Both the position numbers and the translations under genes were made by a program. A model generated the notes under the pieces. The model was not told where the DNA came from and did no database searches. It saw nothing but the letters and a program-made list of their open reading frames with translations. 64,000 nucleotides of DNA from Lingula anatina (Eukaryota > Animalia > Brachiopoda): positions 18,414,001 to 18,478,000 of the forward strand of contig CM120642.1 of assembly GCA_051362555.1 (NCBI GenBank), in the 5' to 3' direction. Of this stretch, positions 28,201 to 40,829 are shown one piece after another (within the stretch, counting starts at the first letter, position 1; the number at the start of each line of letters is the position of its first letter).

Positions 28201-30308
28201 TAAATCAGGGAATTTTTTCAGTATTTTCATGATACATGTTGCTGAGCTTGTTTAATGTTTCTATTAAAACAGTAAAAAAAAAAAATCCAATTTGAATGAC
28301 ATCTTTTAATGCTCTCATGCTCATGCAGGTCCTTAGGGATGGGGGAGGGGGAGCAGGGGGGAGGGGAGAGATTTGAAAAAACACCCTGTTGGACAGAAGA
28401 CATCTACTCTGCATCAAAAATTGATCCAGAGTAAGTACAATTTCTCAAATTGGGTGAATTAAGGAGGCAAGGGTCCACTTTTTCAGAAAAAAAATTGAAA
28501 TTTTCTGGCTGCAGTTCTGTGATAAAAGCTTTTGAATCAAACATAACATTTTTTATTAATTTTGTTTTTTCATTTTCTTTTCTTCCAGCCCCTCCACCCC
28601 AGTCTTCGAGCTGCTAGAACACAAATACCAGGACATGTGGCTAGAAGAAAGGAGGCGCAGTGAACTGACCAAGAGAGAAAAAGAACACACAAAGAAACAG
28701 ACAAATAATAAGATATACGAAACTCGAGCATCGCTCCTGCGAACTCATCAGATCCCAGTTGACCCAGCTCCCCTTTGGCAGATGCCTAAATTCCAGGCCA
28801 AGGTGTGTACTTTTATAGACCCCATTTCTTTGAGACCCTTATTGCATTGAGTGGTATACTGCAGTGATAGGCCCCATTCAAAATAGGGGACTAACTAGTC
28901 CGAGGGCCAAATTTGGCCGACCCACTTGAATACTTCCCCACGGGATATCTATTCAGTGTCTATTAGCAGATTAGATGGCAAGCTTTGTAGTGGGTTGCCA
29001 TATTTGACCCTCGGACTAGTTAGTCCCCTATTTTGAGTAGGGCCATACGACTGTAGTGATATGCTTTGAATGATTGGCAATTGAATAGCTTACCTATTAC
29101 ATAGTATTATAGTCATCTAAACTGAGCCAGGCCACTCGATATGACTAATTAGTTTACAACGACTAATTAGTTTACTACACAGCAGAAAGCGAACTTGCTG
29201 AAAACTTGTGAAAAGGAGAAAAACCCTGCAGTACACATTTTGGACCTTTCAAAGTGTACTTGCGTTGCTGTATCACTTACGTATATTGCTCAATGTTAAA
29301 AGGTCCTATTTTCAATTAATTTCTGATCAGATGTAATTTTGGTATGAAAGTTTAGCTGATCAATTATATTACTTGAATTCCTTATAGCCTAGATGAATTA
29401 GAAACATATCTTTTAATGTCCATGCCAAAACTCATTTTTTTTACCTTTTGTAATATTTTGTCATCTTTATGTGATTATGCTGATGAAAGGTACTGATGAA
29501 AAAATTTGAAAATTCTACATCTTTGTAAAAATTTGTGCTCAGTGTTAGTTATGAATGTAACTCCTCGTTAATGAGAAAATGAAAAAAAATTCAGACAATT
29601 TCTTATGACCTTGTGAGCAAAACTCATTTACCAGGTTTTTCGCCCCCCCCCCCCTCCCACCCTCAAGGGAACGAGGCAAACACGTAGTAATTTTAAATAA
29701 CAATATTTTGTCTCTAGTTGTCAGTGATCCCATTTGCAATTTTCTCATTCATGCCGTATTTGCATGTCATTCCCCCATCAGCTGGACTCAATCTAAAACT
29801 ACACCTTTCTCGCTGTTATGGTGTTAATAATTTCTTTTGTTCGGAATTGCTCTGTTGATTCATTTGTTTTAATTATTTCTCGGCTCAGCCTCCCCAGGGT
29901 ACTGATCTGCAATTACACCCCTGGGGTGAGTGATGACAAAAACAAGGAGGACAGGAACACAATAATTTTATAAAAACAATTAAGGTTGTGACTTGAAGTT
30001 TGGGTCTGATATAATGCTGTCCTCAAGGGACGGAACAGCTGTGGTGAAATGCTACTTTGTTTTTGTCACAAGTAAAGAGAATTCCAAGTTGGTTTTGCAA
30101 ATTGGCTTTTAATAAAGAAAGAGAAAAAGTTGTATTGATAAGATTAATGAATGATTGGTGTGTGAGTAGTTTGGTCAGTAGGTGGTTAGTCAGCCCTGCC
30201 TGTTGACCAGTCTGTTTGAAGTACTAGGTTGTGGTATGGTAGGTAAAAGAGAGTGACCAGAACACCAGGAAATAGGAGGCATCAAATTTTCTGGCAACAT
30301 GAAAATTA

Positions 30309-30347
<39 letters not shown>

Positions 30348-32253
30348 TATTAGCATTATGAAAAATATCTTAAAAATAAAAATCAAAATATTGCCAAAGA
30401 AAACAAAAACAAAAAGGGACAGTGCCTTCCATTTAATAACTTCTTTAACATCATTGGTGACAGGGTAAATCACACACCTTATCAACAACACTGACAGGTA
30501 AATAAAAGGTGGAATAAAGTACACTCCCCCCCCCTCCCCCCGTAAGAGCCTAGACTGCACTTAGCTCCTTGACATAGCATCTTTATGTGAAGGTAATTGC
30601 AGCCGGCAACTTGTACAGTGCTGTAATCAAGGGTTAGCACCATCTATATTTAATGTGCTGCTCAGTAGAGCCTAATGGCTTCCTTTGGTGGCACTCAACA
30701 CATCTGTTCAAGTGCATGCACGAAAACGGGAATACCGTACAAGTAATCACTTATTAGTATAACATTTTAACGCACAAATTTAAGTTGTTTTGCCTAGATA
30801 TATTGGTGGAGGGGGGTGGGGGGTATGGTGTTTTTTTCTTTTGGGTGGGGGTGGGATATTTTTTCATATATAACTGGTAGTTAGTTATGTAGTCATTAGG
30901 TTAATAAAACATGTTCAAATGGTTTATCACCATTTCATCTGAAATACTACTGCTGGCCAAAAAGGAGTCTTAAAATAATAAATTATAATGAAGGAAGTGC
31001 TGAGCTTCTGATGGCACTTTCCAAATATAGATTATGTTTCTTAATTAAGTCTTTCTTCAGCTCTAGCTTATCGAGGTCGGACATTTCCCTACAACAATTG
31101 GACTAATTTCAAGTAGATCAGAAGTGAGAATATTCACTTCCTGCCTCTCGAAAGTAAGGCAGACAAACTAACTGATTGATTGATTGATGGCTGGTTGATC
31201 AGTGAACTTTGGTGTTAAAGATGGCGATACCGGACACCTGTCTGTCTGTCTGTCTCTGTCACTCTCTCTGAGCTGGCTCACAAATGAGGGCGCCTAGATA
31301 ATTGGCCTGGAAAGAAGCACTGTGAAATCACATTAACCATTCTGCCTAACAGGGACAGCCAGCGATTGAGGGGCCATTATTGACAAAGCGATGAAAAGTG
31401 TCATGCCAAAAAGCAGTTAAATTGATTGTTATTAATTGTGACCCGTGGCAAGAAGGAGACCCCAGAGAGCCTCCATTAACGGGATATTTATCGATATTAG
31501 GAAATGATGTTGAATTAAGGCCACGAACAGCGTGAATTGAAAGCCAGTTGGACAACATTCAACTCCCCTTAATTGTCTGGGAATAAGTCTTAATTAATTG
31601 TCACAGTGTTGAGACTTAATTATGCACAAGTAATGCTTTGTGTTGCAGTAATTAAGTAACATTTGATCCATCAATTAAGCCAGACAAAATGGAAAGAAAA
31701 TGTCTCTTGGCAATTGCGCTGCATATGCTGCCACCACTGGAGCAGACTAAGGCCTCTTGGAGCAGACAGAATTATTTCTTCTAAGAAAAAAAATTCCGGG
31801 TTCAGCACGTGTTAGCATGAAAAGGCCACATTTACCTGTCCCTCCCTCGAGATCACGTCTTAATTACTTACATTAATCGCCGTAATTAAAAAGAAGTGTT
31901 CATTTTAAGGTGGTGTCTGTCTACAGTAGGAAGAAAGAAAAGTAAACAAATTAATAATCAAATGATGATTGTTCAATCGCCTTGCCTCGTTCTCCGTGAC
32001 CCAACAGTGAAAGAACCTCTCCGATTTAAACCGATCTTAATTTCTAGATAAGCGACAACTGTCAGTATCTTTTATTGTATTTGAAAGATTATTGTTTTAT
32101 TATTGTTTTGTTATTTATTTTCAGGCTTTACCGCATCTGCAGACCTTCCGCACCGAAAGAAAACGCCGTGATGCCTTCGACCACCACGCTTCCGATGGTA
32201 TTTCAAGGAAGGGAGTCTTCGGCCATGGAATTTATGAGCCAGCCAAGAGCTAA
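24344..32253 (+). CDS. CFAP77: Cilia- and flagella-associated protein 77 (C9orf171 family), 6 exons, 255 aa
   Basis: Exons 24344-24433, 24899-24995, 25385-25489, 25996-26128, 28589-28802, 32125-32253 (768 nt, GT-AG, in frame). Translation includes [98 protein letters not shown]. These match recalled human CFAP77 motifs ([45 protein letters not shown]). Confidence 0.92.
25156..25210. repeat. (CA)n microsatellite in CFAP77 intron 2
   Basis: Direct reading. Confidence 0.9.
28870..29044. mobile_element. MITE (175 bp, ~43-bp TIRs, 3-bp TSD ATA; PIF/Harbinger-like)
   Basis: Left end ggccccattcaaaataggggactaactagtccgagggccaaat. Reverse complement of right end is ggccctactcaaaataggggactaactagtccgagggtcaaat. 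ATA flanks both sides (28867-69, 29045-47). Confidence 0.85.
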
Positions 32254-33799
32254 TGGCGCACGCTCTTAAAACTTTATATATATATATATATAAAAGACAT
32301 TTGTACATAAACTAAACAAGCAATGAAAAACTACTATTTATTGTTGACTATACTCAAATATTGGTGGTTCCTTTTGGAGACATTTTTGTATGGATTCAAT
32401 GGCAACAGTATTCTTGTCATACCTGAATATAATTTTTGAGTATTTTTATTTCGATAAAATATTTTGCCTAATGGAAATAGAAGAAGAATAAGAATATATT
32501 TTGGATTTTTGTGCCATTTTTAGGCCTCCACAGGGCTTTAATCTACGACATACAGTTTTTTATAAATATATTTTACTCGTCATATTGGTTTATGTTTTGT
32601 TCACTTTATCCGCAAAAAGATCACAACTGTGAGGTCTATTTGAAATCCTAAATGATTCTCTTTGTCATGGACAAATCTTATCTGACATTGTTTGGAAAAT
32701 ATATGGTGCACGAAAATCAAGGTTGATCTCTACAACCGGAGGGGGAGGTTGATAGCGCAGAACGTCGCCATTGGTGAAGTGGGCAAAGTTCAAGATTTTT
32801 GGGACCTTGCCGACACCATAGACGCTCAGAGCGTTCATTGAGATGTGTATCGGCGTCGATGGGAGGCGTCCGGCCCGTCCTACCTCCGCTGCGAAATGCC
32901 ATTGTTAATGTCTCTTTGTACTTGTTTTATCAGTGGGTTGGAAATTTCGAACATTCTGATAAGTGCCCAGAGAACCTGAACTAATGGATCCAGCCCTTGT
33001 GTTATTTTCGTTTGCTCAATGTATCCGACTTGTTGAACGTGTGGTTTTCGGAGGCATTTCAGATCTCAGCGGACTTTTAAAAGAGAAAGTTCATATTGTG
33101 TATAATTCGATGTATATGTCATTGTAAATAAAAGCTCATTTTGTAAAATGATAAGAAATTGTATGGTGTATTTATATTTAATAGAATTTGCCGCTGGCTA
33201 AAATTCAATGATATGATAAGCTGGATAAACATACCATTTGGCATCGAAAATTGTTTTGCTTTGAGGAATGAAAAATAAAGTTTTCGTTACCGACTAACCG
33301 GTAAATTTGGAATATATTTTGCATCTACTGAGCAATTTAAACTACCCCTCCCCTTTCCCTTAATCTGCAAAAGAAAAAAGAAATGTATACAAATGTTTAA
33401 TATGGGTCCTTTAACATGGGCAACCCCTCGAGGAATATTAAGGAACCACAAATTATTGTTTGTATGACAAACAATTTTATGGCAATGTCCTCGAATTTGC
33501 GTAAATGTCCGCCTATCTTTATCAATGTAATTGTAAGTTTTAACGGAAGCGATCATCTGGGCGGATATGAACGTGTAGGTTAGCATAATGACCAGTAATA
33601 TTTGCTGGGCAATGAATATACTATACGGTCCGGATGATAACTGGTTGAAAGGGCAGTATGGCCGAATGCAGACACAAGAAGTCAATTGCCCATGGGTGAC
33701 TGGCCCGAATGAAAAAATATGTAATATCATGTGACGCAGTTTTAGCCAATCAGAGTACACAAATTTATAATGAGGTACACTATATTTAACATAACATAA

Positions 33800-33937
33800 C
33801 AGGTGCGGATCCCGAACCCCTTGGCATTTTCAAGGTCGAACGGTGCCATTTGGTACGGTTTAGAACTATGATTCAGCTAGTCGAAATTCTAATTTTGAGA
33901 GGGCCCATTATGGATTTTTTAAAGAAATCTGCCACTG
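33800..33937. mobile_element. Non-autonomous TIR element (CAG..CTG ends), internally deleted copy inserted in (ATAAC)n
   Basis: Ends caggtgcggatcc and aaatctgccactg. Shares core tttggtacggtttagaacta..gtc.aaattctaattt with 36957-37280. Confidence 0.65.
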
Positions 33938-34004
33938 CATAACATAACATAACATAACATAACATAACATAACATATAACATAACATAACATAACATAAC
34001 ATAA
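33938..34004. repeat. (ATAAC)n pentanucleotide microsatellite
   Basis: Direct reading. Confidence 0.9.
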
Positions 34005-36956
34005 TGTCGATGTTACCAGATATTTCTCACGGTCAATTTTCTTATGCTTATAATGAATTCTAATGGGTACTCTGATGTCCAATTATGACTACTTTAAGTT
34101 GTAGGAACTTTTCCTTGGAATTCAAATGCCCGTTGGGAATTTTTAAAAGAAAATCCTATGGATTAGATTATGTACGCAGTTAGTACATTATGTCTAAAGT
34201 GAAATTATTGTGCTACACTGGAGTTTTAATTCTACAAATTATACGTCAATTCTAAAATTGATATCAAAATTACAAGGGCACTTATGGCGGTGGAGAGGAG
34301 GGCAAGGCTGTAAGGGGGAGACAATTGAATAATAGTTTGAACAAACTGAGATGTACATGTGAGGTTCTACCATAAGCCGTAACAACAAAGAAAAAAAGCG
34401 GCATAAGATTACTAGTAAAAAATTATTAACTTAGCACATGCGTCTGTAAGGATCATATCAGTTACCTGATTAAACGAACAGCTTAGTTATATTGCTACTC
34501 AAAATGAAAGTTAATAATAACCATATAATAACATATTCCCGTTAATGTATTCCGTTTTTGTTTCTCAGCAACAGATTTCTTAACTTATAATGGCATGCGA
34601 TTAAGTTTTTAGCAAACTTTTTTAAAAGAGGCAATTCCGACAAAACGTCACAGAAAGTGTCAGTAAGCGACAGTAAAATACCACCTCTTCTGATGAAAGC
34701 TGTGAAAATTAAGACCCAAGATTCATTGAAAACATTTTAATTATTTGTGAATGAAAGAAGTGCTCTTCAGAGCGTCCGGCAAAAATATCTGGCTCTCACT
34801 GGCAATGAAACCCCCTTTACTTCCACTTGTAATGAGATGAAATGGCGGACAAGAAATAATGTGGAAAACCCTCTCGATATCCGTAACACGTTCAGTTCTC
34901 TAGAGTACCGCCGTTGACACAAACCTACTTATCAATACTGAAGAACAAGTTGCAAGTTGCCGTGCCAACCCAAGGTCTAATATCTTGCCTCATTAGTTTC
35001 TCCAAAATGAAGTGCTTGATCTTCGGTTAGCGTTCCACAGAGGTAATCGCTCGAAGTGTAAGCCCGATTCATACATTTTGTAGATTAATTTCGACTGCTT
35101 ATCATCGCCTTGCATGCCATGCGGGGAAACTTAGCGAAAAATACAGGAATTATTTATCACTCCTTGCTGCATTTGGAGCAAAAAGTTTTAATTAATTTCA
35201 TGAGTAATAAGCCAAAGCGTTTCTTTGCGTGTTCTGGCCTATTGGGGCAGGTTAACTTTCTTGAGTTTATATCACAATCACTCTAAATACCCTCCGCAGG
35301 GATAAGGGATCCTTTAGTCAGAGACTAGCACAAAAACTTCTATAAAAGATTAAATCCAATTTAGTAATTTCCCTGGATGTTTACGTGTCGGCTCGCTCAA
35401 CGTTAATTAATGGACTGCCTCATGCATGTTGAAACAGACCTGAAGCTCGGGTGGAGTCCGCGGTCGTGACGTCACCACGGAGACGCAAGAGAAGCTTTTT
35501 GCAGACGACTTTAGGGAAAATGTTTCTGCCACAGAATGCCCCAACCTATGATCCTGTTTCTAATTTATTAATGTCTTTGAAGAAGAAGAAGAAAGAGAAA
35601 CATACTATATGAACTACCATGGGAAAATGCAACGGCCATCAGAATAGGTTGGGCTCGGTTTCCAAAAGGCCTTTGCCGCATAACCTTCATAATCGCACCC
35701 TTGTGTGTTGACAATGCCAAATAAATTCTTTCTGAGAAACATCGGTGTATTTCCCTGAAATGAACTTTGATATTGATTTCTTAAGTTACGTCATATATCT
35801 TTGCTTTGGTGTCTTGAATGCGATTTGATTTTCAGTCCTTTTAGGTATCATTTAGATTACGAATAGAAATGTCATTTACGAGGTTAAGATGCATTCGTTT
35901 CTTTTCTAGATTTCATATATTTCAAATGAATATTTATTTTGAATTTTTCAATACTTGCACAATAAAACAATTCATCTTGCTTGAAGAACATTCACTAATT
36001 GTAGATATATTACATCTTACATTTACAAAGTTTGTAGCCACCTTTTTAAAAGTATTTGCTCCTGTTTCATAATAATTAAGCTTATATATAATTTATTTAA
36101 ATAACAAAAATGCTGTTTGGTCAGTATATGTATGTAGTTAAGTAGTGTTATAATACTGAATCTTTCACATAATGGAGTTTGCGGTATTGCTTCGCCAAAA
36201 CGCGATCCTCTCGTCTTACTATTATCCATTTCAGTATAGCAATGCCAAGTACATAAAAACTAGTCAAAAGAATCGCATGGCCGAACACACAACACATCAT
36301 GCCAACACTGTAAACGTTAACCTTGAATTAGCACATGCAAATAAATACAGCTGCACCTAAAAGTTTCTCAAAAAATGCATCATTTTGTTCCAATTATTTT
36401 ATTGCACAAATTCAAGAACAGAAACTGGGTCCTCTTCCCCCAAATCAGTATGCGAAAACCTGACAACTTTTTTTCGTCGATTGCAAAGAATAACAACTCT
36501 TCAAGAGAGATTTCTTGTTTTAGTCTTAACACCTGCTAACGCCTCCATACTAAATAACCGATCTCGAAAACACAAAGATTAATTAATTTACCAGTGGGCG
36601 ATGAGAACAATAGGCACTTAATTGGACTGGTACTTAACCTAAAAGCGTAAATGATGATAATGATCACATCCTTAATGCCACGAACTGTAATTAGGTACAC
36701 ATAATAATTCACAAACATTTACCACTAAGTTTGTTCAGCATATTGTTTATCCAGTATATACAGCGTCAAAAGTTTGTGCTATTTTCGTATTTTTGTTCCA
36801 ATGTATTTATCATGATTGAAACTGCACATTAATATGGTTAGATATCGCAGTCTAGTGTTTTTGTGTTATCATGCTTGTTATTGTGCCTATTGTGTAAACC
36901 GCAGATGTATGCCTGCACATGCTGCTCCTTAAGTTCCAATAAATGGATATCTTACA

Positions 36957-37280
36957 CAGGGGCGAATCCAGGATTATTTGAAGGGTTAAAATATAATACA
37001 ATAGTTAAAATACAATACAATAGTTAAAATACAATACAATGGTTCTCGACTTCGTCTGGAACGACAGGCCTCGGATGCAAAGCCGACCATTACCCCACTT
37101 GGTGTGGGGTTCGGGGCCTGTTCAGGGTCCCCGAAATTTTTTTGAGAGCAAACAGTACCCTTTGGTACGGTTTAGAACTAGTCAAAATTCTAATTTAATG
37201 AGGGAAATATTGGTGTGATATATTTTTCAGAAACCGAAGTGGGGTCAGGCCCCCCCTGACCCCTTCTAAATCCGCCACTG
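36957..37280. mobile_element. Non-autonomous TIR element (CAGGGGCGAATCC...ATCCGCCACTG), 5-bp TSD TTACA
   Basis: Imperfect TIRs, TTACA immediately on both sides, and an internal segment shared with 33800-33937. Confidence 0.7.
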
Positions 37281-40200
37281 TTACAGGTATGAAAAACTAC
37301 GTGCTCTGTATTTAATTGGAATGAAAACGCATACGTTTTTAGGAGTAAAAAAGTGTTTAGCTAAAGATCTAGATATAAAACTCAACACTCTCATTTCATT
37401 TTAATTTTGGTTTTGAAGGTAAACACTTATCCATGACATATTATTTACCAAATCCGTTTTTCTATACAGATAAATCGGTGCAAAATATTCTCTTCGTATA
37501 ATCTGATTAATTATTTCATTGCAACTTATATATTGCAATTCTAATTTTAATTTTAATGAAAAAAAATTTGAGTCGCGCTTTTTTCATGTCGTTGTGTTTT
37601 AATTGTATTTAAGCAATGGCAATAAATCAGTCGCACATTTCAACGAATTGTTCTTCCCAAAAAGTCCATATCTCTCATAAAAATATTTATTTACTTCATA
37701 ACAGAATATTGAACTCTTGACTGTTAATAAATCACTTGACCTTTTCAAAATGTACTTTTATTTTTTTAGAATACGACAATTGAGATTCTGCTGTATATTC
37801 ATCATCATTCAAAAAAAGAAAGAAAAAGGCCTACTGACAATCAACGTTTCAGCAAAGACTTTAAGTAGCATTAAATAAGTACATATTAATGACATTTATG
37901 TACGGAGAAGTTATCACAGCAGATTATTATCTACATCCTACAAGTTGTAATTAAAATAAGGTGAAAGTTACCGCTAATTTAGCTAATGAGACTTGAGAAA
38001 CAATTAGTTTGCTGTGATATAACATTTCTAATGAGAAAGCAAGTACTTTGCCCTTACACAGCGCAAATTAGACATCAGATTTCTATAAACCAGATTTCTC
38101 TTTGCTGTCTCGAAATTTGCACATTTACCATACCAGGACATACATTTGCAATATATGTAAAAAGAAAAAACGTTGACAACGCCACTTACGACCTTTCTTA
38201 GATAATGTCTTCTTTTACGGGAACATCAGCCTTTAGCTTGTAGCGAAGGGGTAGAAAACCCAGTCTCATTAAAACGTGGATAAGTGGCAGGCAAAATCCA
38301 GAAATGACAGAAAAAATTACAATGCTGCAAAACAGCAGGTCTATCCAGTGTCACAAACCCAATTTAATCTGCAAAAACGTACAGAATGAAAATTTGTTTA
38401 TTTTAAATATACCATTTGTCTGGGTTAGGACACTTATCCTATGACTGTGATGTCCCGTCACGTATCAGAGCTGTATGTCATTGCCTCGAGAGAAATGACA
38501 GCTAGAAGCTAATCCTCCAGGTATTATAACATATTGTTAGTGCGGATCAACAGCCCATTTGATCAAGTGTCAGGGTTAACGCTCAATACAAGTCAATTTC
38601 TTCTCCCTGTCTTCACTTTGCCCCTGTACAATCAAGCCACTTTGTACGGGAGTCGATAGCTTTATCCACTGAGGGCGGCCCCACCCCTGTGTCTATCGCC
38701 CGGAGTGCGGTTTACAGATATCGTGATTGGGATATCCATTTAACCATAAGCCAAATCAAACCACGAGGCCCCAGACCGTGGACGCAACCGTGGCTCTTGA
38801 CAATCACTTCAATTTATTTAATCTCTTGAACGCGAGTTTCGAGTTGTCTCCAATCTTTTAACCTGTATCTCCTTCATTAAAAGGCTCCCCGTGATTAAAT
38901 AAGGCCTCTAAATCGCTTCTTGCCATTCTTATTCTGTTTCACTTTAATGTAAAGAGATAAACCTCATCATCGAGGCTTCAGAAACACGTAAATTAAGTCA
39001 TTTGCAACTATAGATTTTCAACTAAGGGGCCATCTGTCCTGGCTACTGGATAATTACAATAGATAGCAGGGAAGCGGGGATTGGTGGGGAGTACCAAGTA
39101 ATCAATGCAATAATGAGGAGAGAAAGGCAAAAACTGTTACTGAACAACCGCTCGTCTCCCTTGGGGCTCAAAAGGTGACGCGATGCGAGTCCGTATGAGA
39201 TGCACCTTTAGAATCTAAACTCTGTCCTCGTGCATTTCATGAAAAAGAAATGTGATACGGTTGCAAGTGCTAGTTATTAACAAGAATTCGAGCCATTTTT
39301 GAGTTAGTGGTTTTTACATGATCTGTAGGTGTTACACCATTGCCCATAACGTAAGAGATTAGGAGTACACTCAATACGACTGGGAAATTCTTTTCTAGAA
39401 TTGATGTGATACTCGTCTCGCTACTCATATATGTGACGGTGATTTATGTTGACAACATGCCTCTACCAGGTCAATGACATGCATTGGAAAAACTGTAAAA
39501 TTGTTCCTACGCTATTTCTCTCGGAATTCATGCCTAAAAAGCAATATTTGGAAAGGTATAGAGTCATCACCTGCATGTCGAAAACAACCACAAAAGGGTT
39601 TTTCATCACTCTCAACTTCGAAGTCCTTTTTAGGATATTTTTGCTACAACAGTTAATGAATTTGTTTGGATATATTGCTCCATTCTGCTGATTACTTTGT
39701 AGGCGCAAAATGTTACAATTAATTATGAGTTGCTTTTAGACGGCAGCAGGGTGCTTTCGTGCAAAAACACATCACTTCCTTAACATGAAGGGGGTCGTAA
39801 GCTGAAGCACACGCAACTTCGTGGTGAATTTCCTCTTTTCATCGATATTAATAATCATCAGAACCAATCGTCGAGTCATATTCGTCAGTTATCAGTATTA
39901 CGGACAAATTCGACGAACACAAGGTCTTTGCAAGCTAACATGTCATTTGTAATCCGAGCCAGACTGTAATATGAGAATATTAGAATTTTTTATAAAATTT
40001 AATAGGCCCACGGAACAATATAGTTGATTTCATATACCATCGCTTACATAATTACCATTTTGGTATATTGTTTGTTTACGATTAAACTTCAGTTATTTTC
40101 ACATTAAAAAAAAAACAATTTTGAAGGGAATTTTTCGGGTGAACACATTTATTAGTGGACAGTTCATCTCAGTTTTGCTCACCCATTCCCTCCTCTTCTA

Positions 40201-40815
40201 ACTTAATTCCCGTTTCTGCAACTTCTTTGTTGCAGTGCTTCATCAGTATTCTTACAGAGCGGTGAGAAACGCCGCGGTGTTCCAATATAGCTAATTTAGC
40301 ACATTAGCCGTAGAGGAAATCTAAATCACGAAGAAAAAAAGTAGAGGAAAAACGATATCTTTCAAACACAGCTATGTCATTAGTTTAGTCTATTAGTCGA
40401 TACGTCTTCACCATTGTACAAAAATCACTTCGCCGAAAAATGATAATTTACCCGATTTCCTCCTTTTATTACTTTCCGTATGAGCGACCGCCAGAAACGA
40501 GTTATTTTTCACGAAACACACGCTGCGCTAAAACGTAATTTGTCTTCAATTTAATACCTATCAGCGCCGATCAATTGCTATAGAGTCGATGTAATAGAAG
40601 CAAAATAGAATGAAAACAATATTTAGACGTCTGACAAGAGCTTTGTTAAAGATAGGCTAAGAAGTCGATTGCTCTCAGCGTCTCAAGAACTCAGTTGTGC
40701 TACTGAATTCTAAGTGACGGACTAATTTACTGGCTTAGATGAAGAAAAAGGAGTCACTTCCCCCGGACACAGTTCGGCAATCATCGAGGTGTGATCTCTG
40801 CGAGTCTGTCACGGC

Positions 40816-40829
40816 GTCACCATGGCAAC
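40816..40829 (+). promoter_or_regulatory. Consensus RFX X-box upstream of BarH
   Basis: GTCACCATGGCAAC fits GTHNYY-AT-RRNAAC exactly. Motif match only. Confidence 0.45.

Noticed and set aside
33287-33760. 157-aa minus-strand ORF
   Set aside because: Non-ATG start, no motif, and it runs through repeat-like sequence (agccaatcagag).
36780-36950. LINE/SINE-like 3' tail (also 54040-54165)
   Set aside because: Only a general resemblance (AATAAA-ended); no ORF remnant or second copy in the window.
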